A stretch of DNA of 64,000 nucleotides. Origin: an uncultured Acidimicrobiales bacterium (GTDB lineage: Bacteria > Actinomycetota > Acidimicrobiia > Acidimicrobiales > SZUA-35). Of this stretch, positions 58,832-64,000 are shown piece by piece. The stretch lies in the NCBI GenBank assembly GCA_937930695.1, contig CALHCB010000055.1, forward strand, positions 4,833 through 68,832, in the 5' to 3' direction. The notes beneath the pieces were generated by a model, which was not told the DNA's origin, did not search any database, and saw only the letters and a list, made by a program, of their open reading frames with translations. Within the stretch, counting starts at the first letter, position 1. The number at the start of each line of letters is the position of its first letter. A program made the translations under genes and the position numbers.

Positions 58832-60999
58832 CCACATACCTTCTCGGCTCGGGCGCGGTGGTCGCCAGCGGAGCCGGAGCGAAAGCTGCCAATCTCGATC
58901 GAGCGATGGCCGCCGGAATGCACGTTCCTGCAGGATTCGTCGTGCCCGATGCGGTCGAGATCGCTGGACTCAGTGCGCGCCTCACGGGGCTTGGCCCGGT
59001 TGTTGCTGTTCGGTCGGCGTTCTCGGCCGAAGACGGAAACAACTCTGCGATGGCAGGCAGGTTCGACACCGAGCTCGGAATTCCGGCCAACGAGACCGAC
59101 GTAGCCGCCGCCGTCGAACGAGTGCGCGTATCAGGCGAGGCCGTGCCTTCTGCCCGCCGCGACGTCTTGGTGATGGAGATGGTCGCGGCCGAGCGAGCGG
59201 GTGTGCTGTTTACCGAGCAGCAATTCGAAGATGACTTGGTCAATGTGGTGTCCGGTCTTGCCGAGTCGCTTGTGTCTGGCACCGAGGCAGGCGACGAGCT
59301 GCGACTGGCCAAACTGCGTTGGAAGGAACGACCGGCGAGCGATCTCCCGCCATGGCAGCGCCGACTCGCGGAGCTCATGCGGGATGTGCGCAAAGAGTTC
59401 GGCGAAGGGGAATGGGATATCGAGTGGGCCGATGACGGTCAGGTGTGCTGGCTTGTGCAGATCCGGCCGATCACGGCTGCTCCTCGGCGCAACGAGACGT
59501 TCACGATCGCCAATCACAAAGAGATCCTGCCCGAGCTCCCGTCGGTCTTCATGGCGTCAGTCGTGGAGTCATCGTCACACGATCTGATGAGCTTCTACCG
59601 AGACATCGATCCAGACCTGCCGGTCGACCGCCCATTCATCGAGTCCTTCGCCGGGCGCCCCTACATCAACCTGTCGCAGCTCACAGATCTTCTTCGACGA
59701 ATTGGCTTGCCCACCAGCCTGCTCGCCGACTCGCTCGGGGGAGAGCCTGAATTGCTGGTGGGAATCAATCCGCTCCGACTTGTTCGTTCTGGCCCGACGC
59801 TCATCAAGCTCGGCCTGGCTCAGTTGGGCTCCGCCAAGGCGGCCCGCATCGCTGAAGCCGATATCGCGGAGGCCGCGACCGGCCCGTTTGCCGACTTTGC
59901 TTCGACAATCGACGCGCTTCGCTACTGCTATGTCGAACTCGTGACACAGATGTCCTCGTTGGCGACGGCCATGACGGGACCAGTCGCGGTTCTGCGTTCC
60001 TTGGGAACGCTCGAAGGACACTTGTCATCCCAGCGAACCCCGGGAACGCGGATGCTCGACGAGTTGGCGCCGATGGCCGAACTTGCTCGGCGAGATGCCG
60101 GGGTGCGAGCCGAACTCGAGGCGGGACGGCTCCCGACCGATCCCGCCTTCCATAAGTTGTGGGATCGGTGGTTGGCCGATCACGGACACCGAGGCGTGTT
60201 CGAAAGCGATGTTGCTCGGCCTCGCTTCTCAGAACTGCCGGCACCGATCATCGCATCGATCCTGACGTACACGGATCGTACGACGCCCGGAGCGGGCCGT
60301 CGTTCGGTTCGGCTCATCGCCACAGCTCCGATCTGGTTCTTTGCCCGTCGACCGATGGCAGCCCGCGAACAGATTCGTTGGTCAGCGATGCGTTCGTTCG
60401 GTGTGCTCCGGTCTCGGCTTCTCGAGTTGGCCAACGATGCAGTTGCCGACGGGCGGCTCTCTGAAGCCGATGCTGTTTGGGATCTGACGATCGAGGAGCT
60501 CATCAGCCTTGATAGAGGCGGTGTCATGAGCGCAGGCGAACTCGCCGAGCGGCGGCAACTCATTGCCGAACGCGCGGAGATGAGGCTTCCCGATCTTGTC
60601 CGCCGGTTTGATGACCTCGCCGTACTGACGGGGCTTCGAGATGCGAACAACGAGAGCTCGTTCACCGGTGTTTCGCTTACGAGCGGCACGGTGACCGGCG
60701 TCGCGTTGCGGGCGGGCGAACCGCCGACCGGGCTCCCTGAGGGTTTCAACAAGGAGACAACAATCCTTGTGGCGCGAAGCGTGGACGCTGGCTGGGTGCC
60801 TTCGTTCAGTCAGGTCGCGGGAGTTGCTGTGGAGATCGGTGGGGATCTTTCCCACGGATCGATCATCCTGCGCGAGCTGGGCATCCCGGCGATTACCAAC
60901 ATCGGTGCCATCGGTTCGTCCATCAACACTGGTGATGCTGTTGTGCTCGATGCTGGCGCCGGTCGACTCGAACTCACAGAAGAAGATGCGGATGCCTGA
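58828..60999 (+). CDS. PEP-utilizing dikinase-like protein (rifampin phosphotransferase-like architecture)
   Basis: GAKAANL, AVRSA..ED....S.AGRF, DIEWA, VQIRPIT ATP-grasp; central domain with GHRG..E.D...PR; swivel domain DAGW..., SHGSIILRELGIPA. Confidence 0.85.
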   Translation: MTTYLLGSGAVVASGAGAKAANLDRAMAAGMHVPAGFVVPDAVEIAGLSARLTGLGPVVAVRSAFSAEDGNNSAMAGRFDTELGIPANETDVAAAVERVRVSGEAVPSARRDVLVMEMVAAERAGVLFTEQQFEDDLVNVVSGLAESLVSGTEAGDELRLAKLRWKERPASDLPPWQRRLAELMRDVRKEFGEGEWDIEWADDGQVCWLVQIRPITAAPRRNETFTIANHKEILPELPSVFMASVVESSSHDLMSFYRDIDPDLPVDRPFIESFAGRPYINLSQLTDLLRRIGLPTSLLADSLGGEPELLVGINPLRLVRSGPTLIKLGLAQLGSAKAARIAEADIAEAATGPFADFASTIDALRYCYVELVTQMSSLATAMTGPVAVLRSLGTLEGHLSSQRTPGTRMLDELAPMAELARRDAGVRAELEAGRLPTDPAFHKLWDRWLADHGHRGVFESDVARPRFSELPAPIIASILTYTDRTTPGAGRRSVRLIATAPIWFFARRPMAAREQIRWSAMRSFGVLRSRLLELANDAVADGRLSEADAVWDLTIEELISLDRGGVMSAGELAERRQLIAERAEMRLPDLVRRFDDLAVLTGLRDANNESSFTGVSLTSGTVTGVALRAGEPPTGLPEGFNKETTILVARSVDAGWVPSFSQVAGVAVEIGGDLSHGSIILRELGIPAITNIGAIGSSINTGDAVVLDAGAGRLELTEEDADA

Positions 61000-61795
61000 A
61001 GGTCACGTTCTCCATCGAGCAGCTCGATTGCAGGGAAAGAGATTCAATGGGCATGCATTGTCGGTTTCCTCGCCACAAGGCCGGTTCTCCGACGAAGCAA
61101 AGCAGCTCGACGGTCAGACACTCGAGACCATCTTTGCCAAAGGCAAGCACATCTTCTATCGCTTCGAGTCAGACGACACGATGCATGTCCACCTCGGCTT
61201 GTTCGGAAAGTATCGGCTGAACAAGCCGCCCTTTCCGGAGCCTTCACCGAACTGTCGCGTGCTGATGGAGACAGACGAGAACCAGCTGCACCTGGCGGGC
61301 CCGAACCAATGTCGCATCCTCGATGCTGGAGAAGTCGATGACGTGCTGGCGCGGCTTGGGCCGGATCCGATCATCAATGCCTCGGGTGACCGGGAAGAAT
61401 TCATCAGCCGAATGCACAAGAAGAAGGTGCCGGTCGGTCGGGCGCTTATGGACCAAAACCTCATGGCAGGTGTCGGCAACGTCTATCGGTCAGAACTGCT
61501 GTTCCAGATCGGCGTCCACCCGTGGCGCAAGGCCAACGAGTTGGATCCCGAGACGCTCGGCGAACTTTGGGATCAGTCGGTTGCCGAACTGAAGGCGGGG
61601 GAACGGGTGGGCAAGATCGTCACTGTCGAGCCGAGCGACGTCGGCGCACAGAAGCGTTCAGAGCTCACCAAGACCGAGTCGCTCTATGCGTACAAACGCC
61701 ACGGTGACCCGTGCCGTCGTTGCGAAACGCTGATCCGCCACGCTGACATCGATGGCCGCAACGCCTGGTGGTGCCCCACGTGCCAACCCAAATAG
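60992..61795 (+). CDS. nei: Fpg/Nei family DNA glycosylase
   Basis: MPEGH start, GKH, HLGLFG, LMDQ..MAGVGNVY, CxxC/CxxC zinc finger. Confidence 0.93.
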   Translation: MPEGHVLHRAARLQGKRFNGHALSVSSPQGRFSDEAKQLDGQTLETIFAKGKHIFYRFESDDTMHVHLGLFGKYRLNKPPFPEPSPNCRVLMETDENQLHLAGPNQCRILDAGEVDDVLARLGPDPIINASGDREEFISRMHKKKVPVGRALMDQNLMAGVGNVYRSELLFQIGVHPWRKANELDPETLGELWDQSVAELKAGERVGKIVTVEPSDVGAQKRSELTKTESLYAYKRHGDPCRRCETLIRHADIDGRNAWWCPTCQPK

Positions 61796-61809
61796 CCCGC
61801 CTCTCCTCC

Positions 61810-61918
61810 GATCGGTGGAGTGAGAGCACCAAACACGACCGTTTCCCTCCACCAATCCGAGGGCTTGTCAGATTGGTGGAGTGAGAGCACCAAACACGAC
61901 CGTTTGCCTCCACCAATC
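61810..61918 (+). repeat. Two tandem copies (61810-61857, 61871-61918) of the 48-bp REP-like palindrome
   Basis: Near-identical copies, 61-bp period, between convergent genes. Confidence 0.9.
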
Positions 61919-61933
61919 TTGGGAGGGGTGGGG

Positions 61934-63211
61934 CTAGGTGCCGGAGCGGAGGGCGGAGATGGGTTCGGTGGCAGATGCTTTCCAGGCGGGGTAGGTCCCC
62001 GCGATGAGACCGATGATGGCGCCAAGAATGGGAGCCCCGAACGGGAGCCAGGAGTCGAGCACGGGAGTCCACGACTTGGTGGCCGAGACTGCGACGACGG
62101 TGAGGATGCCGACGCTGGTGCCAATCAATCCGGCGAGCGCTCCAAGGGCACCAGATTCGAAGAGAAACTGCGCTGCGATGTGGCGTCGAGTAGCTCCAAG
62201 GGCTCGCCGAAGTCCGATCTCGCCGGTTCGTTCCAGCACACTGACGAGCGTGACGTTGGCAATACCGATGGCTCCCACGAGCAACGAGACGCCTCCGAGA
62301 ATCAAGAACAACGAGTTGAGATCGCCTTGGACACCTGATCGCACGCCTCGCGGCGAGGACGGCAGCCCGACTTTCAGCTGGTCGGGGGAGTCCGGGGCAA
62401 GAGCGAGCGCTGCCTGGGTGCCGATGAGGTCGGCTGCACCGATTTCGACTTCGATGTGCACCTCAGCAGGTGCGAACAACGAGAGTCGCTCCCGGGCGTA
62501 GCCGTCAACCACCATGATCGCGTTGAGCATGTCCGGCTCACGTTCGACGTCTCGCAAGATCCCAATCACTGCGAACGAGTCGTCGCCAATGAAGATGGCC
62601 GGGCTGTTGTCGACTCGAGTGATGTTGAGACGACGGGCTGCGCCTGGCCCGAGGACAACGACGTTGTCGCCCCGCTCGTTGTGGCCATCGTCGAAGACCC
62701 GTCCTGTCTCGATCGTTGCTCGCACTGCATCAAAGATGCCGGGACTCACGGATAAGACGGGAATCTGAAACTCGTTCTGACCGAGGGGGTCCACAACCGG
62801 AACTGAGCGGACGAGCCCATCGACCCCAACCTCGGACTTCGTCCCTGCTGCGGCGACGCCGTTCAAGCGTCGAAGCCGATCACCTGCATCGAACGGGATG
62901 ACGCTGACCTGGCGATTGTTCCGACCCTGTTGGCGATCCTGAGGCTCGACGAGAACTCGAGTTGCCTCGAGCTCGTTGAACCGTGACACGACCTGATTGC
63001 CTGCGGTCTTGGCCAGGCCGAGCGTGGCGACAAGCGCGGCGACGCCGAGAATCGTGCCAAGGGCGGTGAGAAGCGTGCGTGCCGGACGTGCTGTGAGCGC
63101 GACGGTCGCCTCGCTCAGGAGATCTCGAACCGAGAAGTGAGAGCGGACGATGTCGTTCCTGCTCCCCAGTCTTGGTTCGGGCGCTGGCTGCGCCGTCTCC
63201 AGGTCGATCAT
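61934..63211 (-). CDS. MacB/FtsX family ABC permease
   Basis: RTLLTALG..LGVA, GIANVTLVSVLERTGEIGLRRALGA, YPAWKA. Confidence 0.93.
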   Translation of the reverse strand: MIDLETAQPAPEPRLGSRNDIVRSHFSVRDLLSEATVALTARPARTLLTALGTILGVAALVATLGLAKTAGNQVVSRFNELEATRVLVEPQDRQQGRNNRQVSVIPFDAGDRLRRLNGVAAAGTKSEVGVDGLVRSVPVVDPLGQNEFQIPVLSVSPGIFDAVRATIETGRVFDDGHNERGDNVVVLGPGAARRLNITRVDNSPAIFIGDDSFAVIGILRDVEREPDMLNAIMVVDGYARERLSLFAPAEVHIEVEIGAADLIGTQAALALAPDSPDQLKVGLPSSPRGVRSGVQGDLNSLFLILGGVSLLVGAIGIANVTLVSVLERTGEIGLRRALGATRRHIAAQFLFESGALGALAGLIGTSVGILTVVAVSATKSWTPVLDSWLPFGAPILGAIIGLIAGTYPAWKASATEPISALRSGT

Positions 63212-63936
63212 CGAAAGACCTCGGTGAGGGTGCCGTCGTTGATTCGCACCTTGCGCTCTGCTCGCTCCGAAACATCTTCGTCGTGGGTGATCACCGCGAG
63301 CGTGAGACCCGAGTGATGAAGATCGTCGAAGAGGTCAAGGATCTGTGCACTGGTAACCGAGTCAAGGTTGCCGGTGGGCTCATCTGCAAGCAGCAAGCTG
63401 GGCTCGCCGACCAGTGCTCGGGCAACCGCGACTCGCTGACGTTCACCACCAGACAGGGTCGTCGGATAGGCATCGAGTCGATGGCCGAGGCCGACTTGTC
63501 GGAGCGCGTCCTCTGCCCGCTTTCGTCGTGTACTGCGAGTCCCAGGCCGGTACACCTCGGCCAGCATGACGTTTTCGACCGTCGTTCGGTGCCCGAGAAG
63601 ATGGAACGACTGGAAAACGAATCCGATACGACTCGACCGCAATCCCGCTCGATCGCTTTCGGTCAGATCTCTCGTATCGATGCCGTCCAACCGATACACG
63701 CCGTGCGTCGGTTCGTCGAGGAGTCCGAGAAGGTGGAGCAGCGTCGACTTGCCAGAGCCAGACGGACCGATGATTGCGACATAGTCGCCGCGCTGAATGG
63801 CCAGACTGGCGCCATCGAGCGCCCGCACGGGTGGGTTCCCTGGGAACTCCCTTGACACCTCATCGAGCTCAACGACGATGTCGGCTGTCGAATTCGAAGG
63901 TGGGGGAGGACCACTATCGGCAATGCTCGCCGTCAC
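63208..63936 (-). CDS. MacB/LolD-like ABC ATP-binding protein
   Basis: GPSGSGKS, GFVFQSFHL, LSGGERQR, ADEPTGNLD, ITH. Confidence 0.95.
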   Translation of the reverse strand: MTASIADSGPPPPSNSTADIVVELDEVSREFPGNPPVRALDGASLAIQRGDYVAIIGPSGSGKSTLLHLLGLLDEPTHGVYRLDGIDTRDLTESDRAGLRSSRIGFVFQSFHLLGHRTTVENVMLAEVYRPGTRSTRRKRAEDALRQVGLGHRLDAYPTTLSGGERQRVAVARALVGEPSLLLADEPTGNLDSVTSAQILDLFDDLHHSGLTLAVITHDEDVSERAERKVRINDGTLTEVFR

Positions 63937-64000
63937 CCGTCCTCTTCTTCCTCGACAGGCTCGGCTTCTGAGTCCTCAGTTTCCGCCTCGGGTTCGTTGT
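63933..64000 (-). CDS. Acidic C-terminal tail of the upstream operon gene (partial)
   Basis: NEPEAETEDSEAEPVEEEEDG* with TGA overlapping the ATPase GTG. Confidence 0.55.
   Translation of the reverse strand, partial: NEPEAETEDSEAEPVEEEEDG

Noticed and set aside
61810-61918. Repeat doublets (also 31526-31634) as a mini CRISPR array
   Set aside because: Only two 48-bp units with a 13-bp gap, copies dispersed in both orientations, and no cas genes

Overview
GC-rich actinobacterial chromosome segment; gene content and style suggest class Acidimicrobiia, but this is inference. It is densely coding, with about 65 CDSs and one tRNA-Leu(TAA), and I see no transposase, integrase, prophage, rRNA or CRISPR array. 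Contents: the end of a molybdoenzyme-accessory cluster (xdhC, mocA, coxG) interrupted by a GGDEF-EAL gene, many lipid and aromatic catabolic enzymes, three ABC exporter cassettes, and a universal-stress-protein block carrying DosR/DevR-like boxes. A 48-bp palindromic REP-like element occurs six times. The most striking locus is a 1273-aa polypeptide (21873-25694) that fuses a cellulose-synthase-like GT2, an acyltransferase-3 domain and a SxxK serine-hydrolase domain. It lies downstream of a degenerate exosortase-like membrane gene and is a candidate one-protein system for making an acylated surface glucan. Other oddities: a rifampin-phosphotransferase-like dikinase coupled to a Ser-less alpha/beta pseudo-hydrolase, a half-size HPPD-like dioxygenase, an orphan PriA with altered substrate residues, and an exact 15-bp palindromic box shared by two distant promoters. 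All calls come from motif recognition by eye; no database searches were run.
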